A DNA stretch of 63,004 bases, counting the filler, from Octopus bimaculoides (taxonomy: Eukaryota), in the NCBI RefSeq assembly GCF_001194135.2. It is 5 parts of 5 records of this genome, joined end to end, with 100 filler letters (N's around TTAATTAATTAA, not from the genome) between each part and the next. Parts side by side here need not be neighbours in the genome. Positions count along the whole stretch, not along the records: positions 35,187 to 60,170 come from NC_068986.1; 4 more parts are not named here. One strand, 5' to 3'. The position numbers were made by a program, and so were the translations under genes. The notes under the pieces were generated by a model that saw only the letters and a list, made by a program, of their open reading frames with translations, was not told the DNA's origin and searched no databases. Below are positions 37,290 to 50,700 of this stretch, piece by piece (within the stretch, counting starts at the first letter, position 1; each line of letters begins with the position of its first letter).

Positions 37290-37470
37290 ACAGGGCCAGA
37301 AATATGTGGAGAGGGAGCTAGTCAATTACGTTAACGCCAGTACACAACTGGTACTTATTTTATCAACCCTGACAGTATGAAAGCCAAAGTCGACCACAGC
37401 GGAATTTGAACTAAGAACATAAAGACGGACGAAATGCCGTTAAGCACTTTGTCCCGCGTGCCAACCTTAT
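37290..37470 (-). mobile_element. SINE family A
   Basis: CTGGTACTTATTTTATC..AAAGTCGACC..GGAATTTGAACT. Confidence 0.8.
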
Positions 37471-37662
37471 CTTGCTAGAAATAATGACTAACCAACGACA
37501 TCTGCTATATACAGCCTTGTTTCTCTCTCCACCATCTCTCTCGCTTTCTTTCTTTTTTTCTGTCTTTTTCTCTCTCTAGATATATAGGTAGCTAGATAGA
37601 TAGAAAAAGATATGCACATATAGAGAGACAGAGATATAGATATACATATATCTATATATATC

Positions 37663-37711
<49 letters not shown>

Positions 37712-38419
37712 TTACACATATATGTGTGTGTGTTTGTGAGTGTGCGCACACATGGGAATACTTTAAATTCAAGAACTAAATGTTTCCAGTTATATCAAGT
37801 CATTGGGCGCTATCGGTTATTTTGAGATCCATCATGGTATCGATGCAATATCTGGGACAAGGACAGAACATCTTCCATTCACTCTCAACAATTCTCTTTC
37901 CCCCTCCTCTCTCTGTTATATATATATGAATGTGTTTGTATAAATGCGTGCATTATGTAAGTATGCATATGTGTGAGTATCTGCCTGTATGTATGTTTAG
38001 TTGTTTGCTAATAAGAAACCTTCAAAACACCATAAACACAATAATTTTACTGAAATGAAATAAAGTAACTTTGAAGTTCCATCGGCACCAGCTCCTGCGA
38101 CTGTTGGATGAGATGGAGTTGGTGAATCATCGTATTTGCAGATGAACGTTACATCTCTTTTTAAATAAGATATAAGATATATACGACTTGACACGCAACA
38201 TAACATATTTTCTTTTTCATTTCCTCGCAAATTTTCCTTCCTTCCTCTATACTTCTTTCTTCTGTCCATCTAATTTCCTTAAGAACAGCTTGAGTTTCGA
38301 AACGTCAAAGTCACCTCTACTTCTTCATTTTTTCATTGAACTTTTAACTAATAATTACATTTAATAATTACAATGAATTTTATGTTGTTACTTTCGTGGT
38401 AAATATTGAACATATACAA

Positions 38420-38488
38420 ACATACATACATACATACATACATACATACATACATACATACATGCATACATACATACATACATACATG

Positions 38489-38565
<77 letters not shown>

Positions 38566-38585
38566 ACAGAGAGAAAGAGAGAGAG
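38420..38585. repeat. (CATA)n/(TG)n compound microsatellite
   Basis: Direct inspection. Confidence 0.95.
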
Positions 38586-38968
38586 TTGACGACTGATGGC
38601 CACATTTATTGCTGGCCAGATGTGACATAGGTAGGTTGCGATTATTACGTGACAATAAATATGCGCTCCTAATAATAAAAACACGTCGTTCGATTAGAAA
38701 ATAATTAACATATGTTGTTTTCGTTCGAAGATATATTTTTATAGAAGAGAGAATATCATTCGCATAGAAATGCAAACTATTCAATGTGACAATTTCCTTA
38801 TAAGGATAGAGGAAATAGTGATGATAGGAAATTAACACAGTAATTTTAAAAGAGCAAAGATAGGGACAGTTGGTGTTTCTTAGATACTATGTATGATTAC
38901 TTGAATACATGTGACCTATTAACATTTAACGTCTAGAAAACATGATAAAACTGTATGTATATGTACAT

Positions 38969-39026
<58 letters not shown>

Positions 39027-39095
39027 NNNNNNNNNNNNNNNNNNNNNNNNNNNNNNNNNNNNNNNNNNNNNNNNNNNNNNNNNNNNNNNNNNNNN

Positions 39096-39127
<32 letters not shown>

Positions 39128-40545
39128 CATATACATATGTGTGTATATGTATTATTCTATTATTAGTTTCAGTTAGAGGCTATGGCCGTATATATGTATG
39201 CATATACATTTGTAATATATATGTATGTAGATAGAGATGTGTGTTTTTGTGAGCATATATATATATGTGAGCATTTTTTAATATGAAGCAGTGTGTGTCT
39301 GTGCGTGTGTGCGTGTGTGCGTGTGTGTGTGTGCGTGTGTGTGTGTGTACGTGTGTGTACGTGTGTGTCTTTGTCTGTGCGTCTGTGCACGTGTGCGCGT
39401 GCGTGTGTGTATGTGTGCGTAAGTGTTGTGTGGGCGTGTGCATTTGTGTGTGCATGTGTGTGCGTATGTGTGTGTGTGTATGTATGTGCATGCATGTGTA
39501 TGTATGTGTGAATTATATATTTGAATATATCTTTCTCTAATGTATATCAACGAAGATAGCAAGCATTGATGCGAAAATCGCAAAAAAAGGCCTTTCTTTG
39601 AGCAAACTCTCCGGAGATATTTGTTCTGCAGCGAGTTACGAACAGTCGCTCACGCGGTTGTCACTCTTACCATCAAAAACCGATATTATTGTTCACAATG
39701 ACAATAAAAATTAAATAAAAATAAGTAATTGTTGCGTCGGTGAAAACGACAGTACTTATCTCTTTTCCTTAGAAATATGTATAGCCCTTTGCCGATTTTG
39801 TAAAGCGATACTTAGTTACGTCAATTTACATTCTCAACTCAATTCCTGCCCCAATCGGCTTTGCCGTTCATTCTTTCTAATAAGATAAGCAGATACCTCT
39901 GAAAATCTTAATCGATATGTACGCCCTTGTTCCTACGATAGAAATCAATATTTTGTGAAATTCAAATCAATATCTTTTGAATTCCATTATTTTTTATGGT
40001 TTTCTTTAATTTTATTTCAGGCTCCAAAATATCACAAAATAAAATATGGAATCTGAATGCGGCGTATCAAATTCTGTCTTTATTTAAAGGAATATTAGTG
40101 AATGTTTGTGAAACATGAGAAAATATATCACGAAATCCAACTTTATATCTTCAGCAACGCAGCTGTCCATTTTCTCGAGGAATGTCTTTGAAGAATAATT
40201 CTTACATCTTGTGCCAAAGAAATGTTGAGAGCTGTAAGAGAAAAAAAGTCACATAAAACAAAATATAAAGAATATGCTACGTTCCCTGAGTATTTTCATA
40301 TGCAATATTTATTTTCCTGCAAATGCATATTTTCTGCAATATGCAAAGGAAGATTTTGGAAATTTGCCTCAAAATTTGAGACAGCACAGAAATGTAAATC
40401 TTTTATTTAAAAAAAAGAAAGACAGAAAAGAAATATAGGAGAATGAATATTCCTATATTCTATAAAAGAATGAAAAAATGGCGAATTGGATGAAGGAACG
40501 ACAGCATGAAGCAGAAAAGTAAAACAAAGATAATGCATGTGTGTT

Positions 40546-40629
<84 letters not shown>

Positions 40630-40689
40630 AGCGAAAATCTATTCAAGCAACCTTAAGAAATGACAGGCTCGGATTACCAGTTGAAAGGC

Positions 40690-40995
40690 AGCACTCAGCT
40701 TACTGGAAATTATAAGACTTTCGTTTATGATATATTAAAGAATGAGCTCGATTACTGGCGGTGCGTTGTGCTCTCGAACAAGCCGCTTTATTTCACGTTG
40801 GTCCGATCCACTCAGCTGGCAAAAATGAGTTGTACGTGTAATCTAAAATGTCACATTCCGTGTCACGCTAAATCTCCCTCAGAACTACGTTGAGGGTGCG
40901 CGTGTTTGTGGAGTGATCAGTCACTTGCGCGTTAATTTTGCAACCAGGTTATTCTACTGACCGGATTAACTGGAGCCCCTATTGTTATAAATGAC
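40690..40995 (+). mobile_element. SINE related to family C (shared 3' body)
   Basis: GAACTACGTTGAGGGTG..GTGGAGTG..CACTTGCGCGTTAATTTT matches reverse complement of 18230-18330. Confidence 0.65.
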
Positions 40996-41279
40996 AGAGT
41001 GTCAGTTTAATATCAAATGCTCTGCATTTTACGTTTATATATAATGCTCTGTAATTCATCGCTGTGTGTGTGTGTTCAAATATGAACAAGAAGCCGCGTA
41101 AGGGATACAAACAATATTGAACACGCACACACAAGGTATGTGTTTTGTCACTTTGTGAGCAGACTGTGATTTATTGGTGTAAGACAATATATTCTCATCA
41201 ATTGGTCTGGTGCTCAAACACCTGGAAGTCATAGACTTCAAAGTACGAAATTATGACTTCAATGTATTTGCTGCAGCGC

Positions 41280-41660
41280 ACCAGTTACTTCATGAAGGCC
41301 TTGTGGAAGTGCTCCAGAATTAGTGTGTCCAGAGCCATAATCACAGCGGCCTTCATCCCCCTCAGCTTGGAAAACAAAAAGTCACAAGGATAAAGTCTGG
41401 ACTGTAAGGAGGATGAGGGGCAGTTTAGATGCCCTGCTCTGTCGAGTAGTTTGTTACCAAGTGGCAAATGTGAACTGGTGCATTGTCTTAATACAGGTAT
41501 TCTGGCCGTTTGCGACTGAATCTCTCGCTGAACCCCCTCAAGTACTCTGTTAACCGTTTGGGCAGAGATACCTTAGTGGATGTACATGACGCCCTTATCG
41601 AAAAAAGGGGGTCATCATGAGCTTTCCAATGGTCTTGCTTAGCCTGGTCTCTTCTGCCAG
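41280..41660 (-). mobile_element. Mariner transposase catalytic-domain remnant
   Basis: Frameshifted SSLQSRLYPCDFLFSKL (HPPYSPDLAPCDF-like), LEHFHKAF, TVNxEY-type motif. Confidence 0.6.
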
Positions 41661-42149
41661 CGAAAAGCAAATGTTCAGTTCATTACAAGTTAATACAAGT
41701 GTAAACATGTACATGGTTTCTCTTAGTGTAAAAGATGGGCTACAGAAAATATTCTGTTCAATGCCACAGATTTGCTCGTCAGTTGCTTGACCTTAACCAG
41801 TTGAGCACATCCCTTACAATATGTGCTATATACTGAGCGGAATTCTTTGAGGTTTTAGTAATTCACCTCCGTAAACATGGGTATTTCATTCATTATCCTT
41901 AAACATGAAGGCCTTGTGGATCATTTTGAGCAGAAGAGGATGCTCGGCCTGAAGAATTTCAAACTAGGCTCTATCTTTAAGGTCCTGTGCTGTTTATCTT
42001 GATATGAGGTCACTATGTCGCGCATATATGATTGTGATATATGTATCTGTTGTACTCTTATCAGATGGGCAGTCATGATGGATATACTGGGCTTCGTATA
42101 TTTTTAACCACGGCGTCATTTTGATGGCCTGCACAGCACTCTCTCTCAA

Positions 42150-43030
42150 TAATAATAATAATAATAATAATAATTTCTTTTCTTTGTCACCCGATTGACA
42201 TACATGGTGGGGGGGACAATGCAAAGACGGGCATGGGGATCTACATAGAATGAATTTATGGAAACCAAAAGTAAAAAGTACACACGGTATATAGTATAAA
42301 CGAAAGAACAGAAGTATACATAGAATACATCAGTAAATAAGTAAAGAAAAATGATGTTAGTCATGTGATCTTCCAGATACTGTCGGATTCTGGGGTCAAT
42401 CGCAAGACCCCACCATCCAAGATCTCCTTGAACACACACGCGCACTCTCCATTTCATGTTCTCCGACTCACAGGTCTATATTTAAAACAGTACCATCCAA
42501 TCTCGCCATTTTCGTTGTTTTCACCCACCTTTCAATAAGTTCACTCGAGAACTGCATCTCCCTCTCCACTCTCACTTCCTGTTTCAAGGGAAACTTTAAA
42601 AAGTCAATAGGAGCATACTAAAACCGAATGCCCCTGTTCTCATACATGTCAATCTCCTTTACTAGATAATCCTTTCAGACAAAGGAAAACTGCCTCATTT
42701 GCCCGATTGGTGGCTGACTCGGCCAATAGACGGATCTGTTCCATACTCGACAGCAGTTGCTCCATATAATTCCAAAAGTCATCAATGCTCAGACATTGAA
42801 CGAGTGTATACAGAATTGTTTCGTCATTCTGTGTACATAACAGACAAACCCATCTGAAAGAGTATCTATGCCTGTAGAGTTCATATCGAACAGGTAGCAC
42901 CTCTTGGTAGATCTACCAAACCAAAGACTTCTGGAAGTTATACATGATAGTCTCCGGCCAGGAAGTACTCGGGAGCAGACTAGCCAGTTCGTTTCCGTCA
43001 TCTCCGATAACAGCGTCATAGTTCTCCGCC
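42150..43030 (-). mobile_element. 5'-truncated Tx1/L1-like LINE (Zn knuckle, C-terminus, 3'UTR, (TTA)n tail)
   Basis: LPVRYELY..CLLCTQNDETILYTLVQC knuckle; FLKFPLKQEVRVEREM..ERWV homologous to the ORF at 1-237. Confidence 0.8.
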
Positions 43031-43313
43031 ATATTTCCATAATATATTGGTTTCAAATTTTGACACAAAGCCAGCAACTTCAGGGGAGGTGGTTACGTCG
43101 ATTACATCTTGTACTTATCATATCGACCCCGTAAAGATGAAAGTAAGGTCGATTCTATATATTGCTTAAGTGGAACATCCACTGATCCCATTAGCTGATT
43201 AGTAGAGAGCGGTGAGCAACTGACGATATTCTAGGTGCCCAGTCTCCTTCCTTCATATAGTGTCATGCATACAGTCAGAGAGAGAAAGAAAGAGAGAGAA
43301 TGTGAGAATGAGG

Positions 43314-43363
<50 letters not shown>

Positions 43364-44009
43364 TACTTGTTTTGAGGAAACCTACTTTGTTAGGATTCAG
43401 ATATATATTTGTTGCCTTGTAGTTTTTTTCTCCTTTTGTAAGCATTGAAGTTTTGTTTTGAATGTAAGATCTAATCTAGCGATGTGTCTGTTGAAACTAA
43501 TCGGATTACACTTTAATTTCAGAGTCAACTGTGTAAACTTGGAATGTTATTTTCTTGTCTGCCGTAACCATTATTTCACATTGGTTTTGGTGAATGTATA
43601 AGAAACATGTGACACACATGCGCACACGTGTATATGGCTTATGTATGTATGTATGAATGTATGTACGTATATATATGTGTGTGTGTATCTGTATGAATAT
43701 ACAAATATATATATATGTATGTATGTGAGTGTATTTAAATACACACACACAAACATACATATATAGTGTATCGTGTATGCACTGTTAGATGTACGACTAT
43801 CAATGGCGAGTATGGCGGTCCAAAGACGTGCGGAGGGAACAAATAATATATACTGCATCTTGTCTTTATCATAATTTCGTATATACGTGTATGTGTGTGC
43901 ATGTGTGTGTGCGTATGTGCGTGTGTATGCATACATATACGGACATACATACACATATATTAACTCATCAATGTGTCCAGTTGTATACACGCACACACAT
44001 ATATACTTT

Positions 44010-44218
44010 TCTACTCTCGGCACAAGGCCCGAAATTTTGGGGAGCGGGCCAGTCGATTAGACCGACGCCAGTGCGCAAATGGTACTTAATTCATCGACCC
44101 CGAAGGGATGAAAGGCAAAGTCGACCTCGGCAGAATTTGAAATCAGAACGTAAAGACAGACGAAATACCGCTAAGCATTTCGCCTAGCGTGCTGACGTTT
44201 CTACCAGCTCGCCGCCTT
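44010..44218 (-). mobile_element. SINE family A, full length
   Basis: Close match to the 7795-7993 copy. Confidence 0.9.
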
Positions 44219-44664
44219 TATATTTATTTATCTATTTATTTATTTATTTATTTATTTATNNNNNNNNNNNNNNNNNNNNNNNNNNNNNNNNNNNNNNNNN
44301 NNNNNNNNNNNNNNNNNNNNNNNNNNNNNNNNNNNNNNNNNNNNNNNNNNNNTATACATCGTTTTGCTACGTAATAGTTGCCAGGCATGAACCATATACA
44401 TGGTTATATGATCTGAACGAAATAATAGTCAAGTAATCGACTTAAGAAAGGGTGAAAACATCTTTAGAATATGTAGTCTAAGAAATGAAAAACGAAGAAA
44501 TTGTCGTGGTTGGAATGATACTCGTCTTCATTTAACTCATTTAGGGTTGACCGGGGACTAAAAATCAACAGAACATTTATGAGACGTGGAACCCTTTAAA
44601 CCATGCTAGGAAGGTACGATCAATGTCGGCTGATGTAAAGCTACATATAGCATTTATATATATA

Positions 44665-44807
44665 GACGCAGGAGTGGTTGTGTGGTAAGTAGCTTGCTTG
44701 CCAACCAGATTTTTTTCGGGTTCAGTCCCACTATATGACACTTTGGGTAAGTATCTCCTACTGTAGCCTTGGGCCAACCAAAGCCTTGTGAGTGGATTTG
44801 GTAGATG
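44665..44807 (+). mobile_element. SINE family B head, truncated by gap
   Basis: GTGTGGTAAGTAGCTTGC..GGGTTCAGTCCCAC..GCCTTGTGAGTGGATTTGGTAG. Confidence 0.85.
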
Positions 44808-45624
44808 NNNNNNNNNNNNNNNNNNNNNNNNNNNNNNNNNNNNNNNNNNNNNNNNNNNNNNNNNNNNNNNNNNNNNNNNNNNNNNNNNNNNNNNNNNNNN
44901 NNNNNNNAAAAACAAGAAGAAAAAAACAATGAAAACTAACCATATATACATAAAGCAAGTCTGCACATACACATACATACATACATACATACATGCATAC
45001 ATAAAATTAATCGTGTATCGATATACACAGCAACATACAGTAATGATTGCATTCTTATATCATTTCCTTCAGGTAAGGAAATGAATTAAAACAATTTAAC
45101 AGAAATAAAGATTACTAACCAACACCACGCAACTCTAAAATTCATTGTACTTCTCACGTCTGGTTGTATATTCGATAAAATCCATCGACGCATAAAGATT
45201 TCCGTTTGTTTTTTGCTCTTGTTTTCTATTTTATTTTTTTGCTAATCTATGGCAATAAGCATGAGATTATGTATATTTCTATGCATATGTCATGATTGTG
45301 TGAGAATATACATGACTGTGGGGGGGGGGGGCATGTTTATGCATATGTGTGTGAGTGTGTCTGTTTTTCTGTCTAATCTTAGAGAAATCGATTTCTATTG
45401 GCGTTGTTTGTTTAATGTGTGCTGAATCCGTTTGTTTGATTTTTGCTGTTGTTTTTATCATCATCTTCTTATACTTCATACTTAAGAAAATATAACATAA
45501 TGCATTTAAGAAAAACAAAAGATGTTTTTAGAAATGATAAGATTATAAGAGGTCGATAAGTAAAACTCCAATAAAGAGAAGTGTGAAGTAATAAATCATT
45601 ATATGAAACATTTAAGACGGTGAA

Positions 45625-45830
45625 ATAGCAGAACCATTAGCATACCGAACAAAATACTCAATGGCGCTTCGTCCGTCTCTAAGTTTTAAGTTCAAATTCC
45701 GCCAATGTCGAGTTTGCCTTTCATCTCTTCTGGTTTGATAAAAGAAGTACCATTTGAGTACTGGAGCTGATGTTATCAACTTACTCCCTTCCCCGAAAAT
45801 TGTTGGATTCTACCAAAATTTGAAGCCAAT
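45625..45830 (+). mobile_element. SINE family A
   Basis: AAGTTCAAATTCCGCC..TTTGCCTTTCATC..GATAAAAGAAGTACC. Confidence 0.75.
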
Positions 45831-45914
45831 GTGCGATATAATTCGTAAAAAAAAATACCTAATACATATCTATTTTCCAATGAATGCTTACTGATTGGAT
45901 ATTACGCTACTCTT

Positions 45915-46162
45915 TAATTCTTTTATTTTTCTACTTGTTATAGTCAGCTGACTGCGGCCAGGCTGGAGTTCCGCTTTGAAGTGTTTTAGTCGAAGAAATC
46001 ACCCCAGAAACTTATTTATCAAGCCTAGTAATTATTATACTAGTCTCATTTGCTGAACCGCTATGTTACGGGAACGTAAACACACCAACACCGGTTGCCA
46101 AGCGCTGATGGCGGAGAGGCAGACACAGACACAAAGTCATACACACACACACACACACACAT

Positions 46163-46207
<45 letters not shown>

Positions 46208-46530
46208 NNNNNNNNNNNNNNNNNNNNNNNNNNNNNNNNNNNNNNNNNNNNNNNNNNNNNNNNNNNNNNNNNNNNNNNNNNNNNNNNNNNNNNNNNNNNN
46301 NNNNNNNNNNNNNNNNNNNNNNNNNNNNNNNNNNNNACACACACACACACACACACAAACAATGGACTTCTTTTAGTTTCCGTCTCCCAAATCCATCCAT
46401 GAGATTTTGGTCGGCCCCGAGGCGATAGTAGTAGTCACTTGCCCATGGTGCCACACAGTGGGTCTGATCCCGGAAGCATGTTGCTGAGAAACAAGCTTCT
46501 TACAACACACCCACGCCTGCGCCTATACGT
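45915..46530 (-). mobile_element. SINE family B with expanded internal microsatellite and gap
   Basis: Tail 45915-46140, head 46360-46530, separated by (CA)/(TA) repeats and Ns. Confidence 0.8.
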
Positions 46531-46607
46531 ACAAACTAGCTTTACATATATTTGCTTTTTGTCTCTGTATGTGTCTGTATTTATAAATATATATGTATTC
46601 TTATACA

Positions 46608-47385
46608 TACGAGGGAGAGTCAAGAATTATACGCACTCTTGCTTTTTCAATGTATTCACACAAAAGCAGGGGATAAACAAGTACGTCATTTTTCTATATA
46701 GTCTCCTTTTTCGATACACTTGGTCCAGCGGTCCACAAGCTTGCATATTCCCTCGAAGACGGTTTCTACTTATGCACCGCTACCATCATATCGACCTCGT
46801 AAACCATCTTTGAGCGATCCAAAGATATGATAGTCGGAAGGGGCGAGATCTGGGCTGTAAGCAGGGTGATTCAGCACCTCAAAACCCAATCGGTTAATGG
46901 TTTCAACGGTCTTGGCGGCCGTGTGTGGGCGTGCATTCTCATGCAACAACAAAACTTCCTTCGACAATAGGCTTCAGCGATTGATGCAAATTGTTGACCT
47001 CAGTTTGTTGGCTAGCAAAGCACTCTATCTTGTACTCTTGACTGTGCACCCCTTTTCCAGAGAAATCGGATCACTGCTCTCTGTTCTTCGAATTGTTGAC
47101 CTCAGTTTGTTGGCCAGCAAAGCACTGTATCTTGTACTGTTGATTGTACAACCCTTTTCTAGAGAAATCTGATCACTGCTCTTTGTTCTTCTTTGGTGCA
47201 CATTGGTAGTGGAGCGGCCATGCTTACAATGTAAAGCCAGAAAGAAAAATGGCACCATCAGATTTAAACTTCGATCACGTGACCACAATAGTATCAACTA
47301 AAAGCACTCATGCGCAGAAGACAGTGTGACAATAATAGAAATATGTTAGTGCGAAAGTGTGGATAATTTTTGAATTCTCCTCGTA
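46608..47385 (-). mobile_element. Internally deleted mariner (DD34D) with 102-bp internal duplication
   Basis: TA-flanked TIRs TACGAGGGAGAGTCAAGAATTATACGCACT / AGTGTGGATAATTTTTGAATTCTCCTCGTA; LLHENARPHT..HPAYSPDLAPSDY. Confidence 0.9.
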
Positions 47386-47830
47386 TATGTAATTTTGGTA
47401 AACGTATCTGTTAAAATGAGACGTCACTGTTATTTTCATTTTTGCATAATTTAGACGACAATATATTCACCTCACCCTGTATATATCCAGCATGGCTGCA
47501 GTAAAATGACTGAAACAAGTAAAATAATAAAAGGATAAAAGAATATATATATATTTCTCAATTTGTTGCATGGGCTGTCATTTACTGTCTCAACTGTTCA
47601 CTTCCCACGAAATAAAGTAGTGTGTTCTTTTCAAAATTATCATTAGTGTTATTGGTTGAGTGAACAGAACAGTAGATTACTGAGATAAATGATTTGTTAT
47701 GGTTCTTGTTGGAAACGAGCGGACGCTACTGATGAGAATGACGATGAATATACTGACCATGGTCNNNNNNNNNNNNNNNNNNNNNNNNNNNNNNNNNNNN
47801 NNNNNNNNNNNNNNNNNNNNNNNNNNNNNN

Positions 47831-48227
47831 GTACATGGGTCGTTCCAGTTAGCACGATTTTTTGCACCTCCTGTAGAGATGGTAAGCCTGGTATCATTTT
47901 CAAATAGATTTCAGTACCTTTTTTTATCATTCCTAGAGATCCTACAATCACTGGTATGGTAGTCGCCTTGAGGTGCCACATTTTTTCAATTTCTATTAGC
48001 AAGTCTTTATATTTACTGATCTTGTCAAATTCTTTCGCCGCTATATTATGATCACAGGGAATACTCATGTCAATTAATAAACACGTCTTCTTTGTTTGAT
48101 CTTTTATGATAATATCCGGTTTATTAGCTTTTATAGTTTTGTCGGTATGTACGGGGAAGTCCCAGAGAATCGATACACTTTCTCCCTCAGTCACAGCTTC
48201 AGGATGGTGTTTATACCATCTGTCAGC
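47831..48227 (-). mobile_element. 5'-truncated R4/Dong-like LINE, REL endonuclease domain
   Basis: ILWDFPVHTDKTIKANKPDIII..LIDMSIPCD..KEFDKISKYKDLLIEIEKMW..IPVIVGSLG: PD-(D/E)xK REL motif; uninterrupted frame. Confidence 0.85.
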
Positions 48228-48265
48228 TATTATTATTATTATTATCATTATTATTATTATTATTT

Positions 48266-48595
48266 CAAATTTTTACCACAGGGGCAGCTTTGGTCGGGGT
48301 CGATTACCTCGACCTAAGCGTTCAACTGGTACTTATTTTATGGACCCTGAAAGGATGAAGGGTAAATTCGACTTCGGCGGAATTGGAACCCAGCACACCG
48401 CCTGCATAATGATAATAATAATTATTACTATTTCTATTCTAGGCACAGTGCGTAACTGGTACTTATTTCATCGACCCCGAAAGGATGAAAGGTAAAGTTG
48501 ACCTCCGTGGAATTTGAACTCAGAACGTAGAAGCAAACGAAATACCGCTAAGCTTTTTGCCCTGCACCCTAACAATTCTGCCAGCTCGCTGACTT
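48266..48595 (-). mobile_element. Two SINE family A copies separated by a (TAA) tail
   Basis: Two reverse-complement cores GAAAGGATGAA.GGTAAA..GGAATT.GAAC. Confidence 0.8.
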
Positions 48596-48919
48596 CATAA
48601 TGATAATAATAACAACAACAACAGCAACAATAATGCTCTTCGTCTTAGTGTTTTTATATGTGTTCATTACATCTCTTTGTTGTTGCTATTGGTCTTCCTA
48701 AGTACTCTTTATTTTTCATTCAATTTTCAGATATTATTATTAGGCTATTATGACAACAGCATTGTTGACGAAGTTGTTTTTGTGTCTTTTTGTTTTGTTT
48801 TTGTGTTTGTTTCATTGTCGTTCTTGCTACTGCAGTCAGAAAATAATTATCTTCGTGTTCTTCATCCCATTCATTATCAGTAGCAGAAACAACAGAAGCA
48901 GCATCTTTAACATCAATAT

Positions 48920-49062
48920 GATCGTCTTTATCATCATTATCATTATCATCATTAACATCGTCATTATCATTATCATTATCATCATCGCAATCATCGTCAT
49001 CGTCATCGTCATCATCACCAGTATCATTTTCACCATTACCATCATCATCGCCGTCGTCGTCG

Positions 49063-49125
<63 letters not shown>

Positions 49126-49145
49126 CCACCACCACCACCATCATG
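48920..49145. repeat. Imperfect (ATC)n/(GTC)n/(ACC)n trinucleotide array
   Basis: Direct inspection. Confidence 0.95.
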
Positions 49146-49560
49146 TGCACCGTCTTTAGTATTTCACGTGAGAATGAAAGTTCTATGAATTATTTCCAGA
49201 GCGCCATAGATAAAGTTAGGATGAAATAAGTGAAATTAATTCTAATCTTTAATTAAGCATCCCGTTTTGGGTTAATGACTGTTAATTAAAACCTCATTTC
49301 ACGATCAGGTGAGAAAACCTGTATTTAAAACAGAACCTGCCCGGTATTTACTACAGCCAGTCTGAATTAGCTTCAAAATTGCTCAGGATAATAATAGAAA
49401 CACTTTATATTAAGCTAATTAGTGACCTCTATGAATGATACATACATAAATACATATCATATTTATAGATATATACGTATCATTTAGTTAATTAGTAACG
49501 TTCCTTTATAGATGTATATACATACATACATACATACATACATACATGCATACATACATG

Positions 49561-49596
<36 letters not shown>

Positions 49597-49692
49597 AGAA
49601 AGAAATATATATTTAACTGAATACGTGCACATGTTCATGTGTACGTCTGTGTGTACGTATATACAAATACATATATACATGTATATATTTAT

Positions 49693-49725
<33 letters not shown>

Positions 49726-50129
49726 AATATATATATACACATATATATACACATACATATATACATGTATGTATTTACACACACACACACACACACACAC
49801 AAATATATAAATATATATATATATATACACGCATATATATACACATGCATATATACATGTATATATTTGCACACACACACATATATATATATATACATGT
49901 ATATGTGTATGCGTCCATGTGCGTATGTGCATGGTGACTACTCTATCTTCTCAGATACATACAATATATCAGATATATCCACATGAATATACTTTATATA
50001 GTAGTAGATAGTTTCGTAGTTATTTAGCCCCAAGAGAGCAGAGCTATAATTAAAAATATACCATCATTGAAAATGTCGTCTTATTATTTTTGTTGCTGCC
50101 GCTTTTTTTCTTTTTCAGGGTCATCTACA

Positions 50130-50700
50130 GTAGTAAGGAGGTCTAGATGGAGGTTGAACAGCAGAAGGTCTTCAGAGGAGAAGCACCCACTTATATAAAT
50201 ATTTCGGTTCTTAACTTCTTACACTTCAAGGCGGCCAGGCCACATCTGTGCCATGGCTCCTGGATAAACCTCTGCTCCCAAATTTTGTTCTACTGTTTGC
50301 GTTTTATCTTTCATCTTCCTGACTATTCATATGTCCCAGAGCCCAAATACTTTAGATGTTATAGCCGCCTATGCAGAGTAAGTTATGTTTTCTGAAATTC
50401 ACATTCATTCCAGAAACACTTGGAAATCTTTTTGGTTATTTCTGTCATTTGCTTTATCGCTTTGTTCCTCGTTGTCCTGGAAGCTGAGAGTCGTTTCATG
50501 AAATCGTAGGAATGTTTCCAGCTCCATTGAGGACTTTGGTTTGGAAGTCAGTCTCTCTCTCAAGCTGTAAGTTTCATTCATTCAGCTTTTATGTGGTACT
50601 GTGAGTCCAAACAATATAACAGAAGCCATGTGTTGTCTCTAAGATTTAATCACTGGCCCTAAGCAGCAGCTAGTAAGACAACAGCCTCATCACCTAACTA
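50130..50700 (-). mobile_element. Possible old LINE reverse-transcriptase C-terminal remnant
   Basis: Scattered motif echoes only (GDEAVVLLA ~ ADDIVLLA; KYLGS; KIW) with many stops. Confidence 0.3.

Noticed and set aside
48750-49229. Poly-Ile / poly-Met ORFs (and poly-Ser / poly-Leu at 59456-59782)
   Set aside because: Trinucleotide microsatellites with no flanking coding context or splice support.
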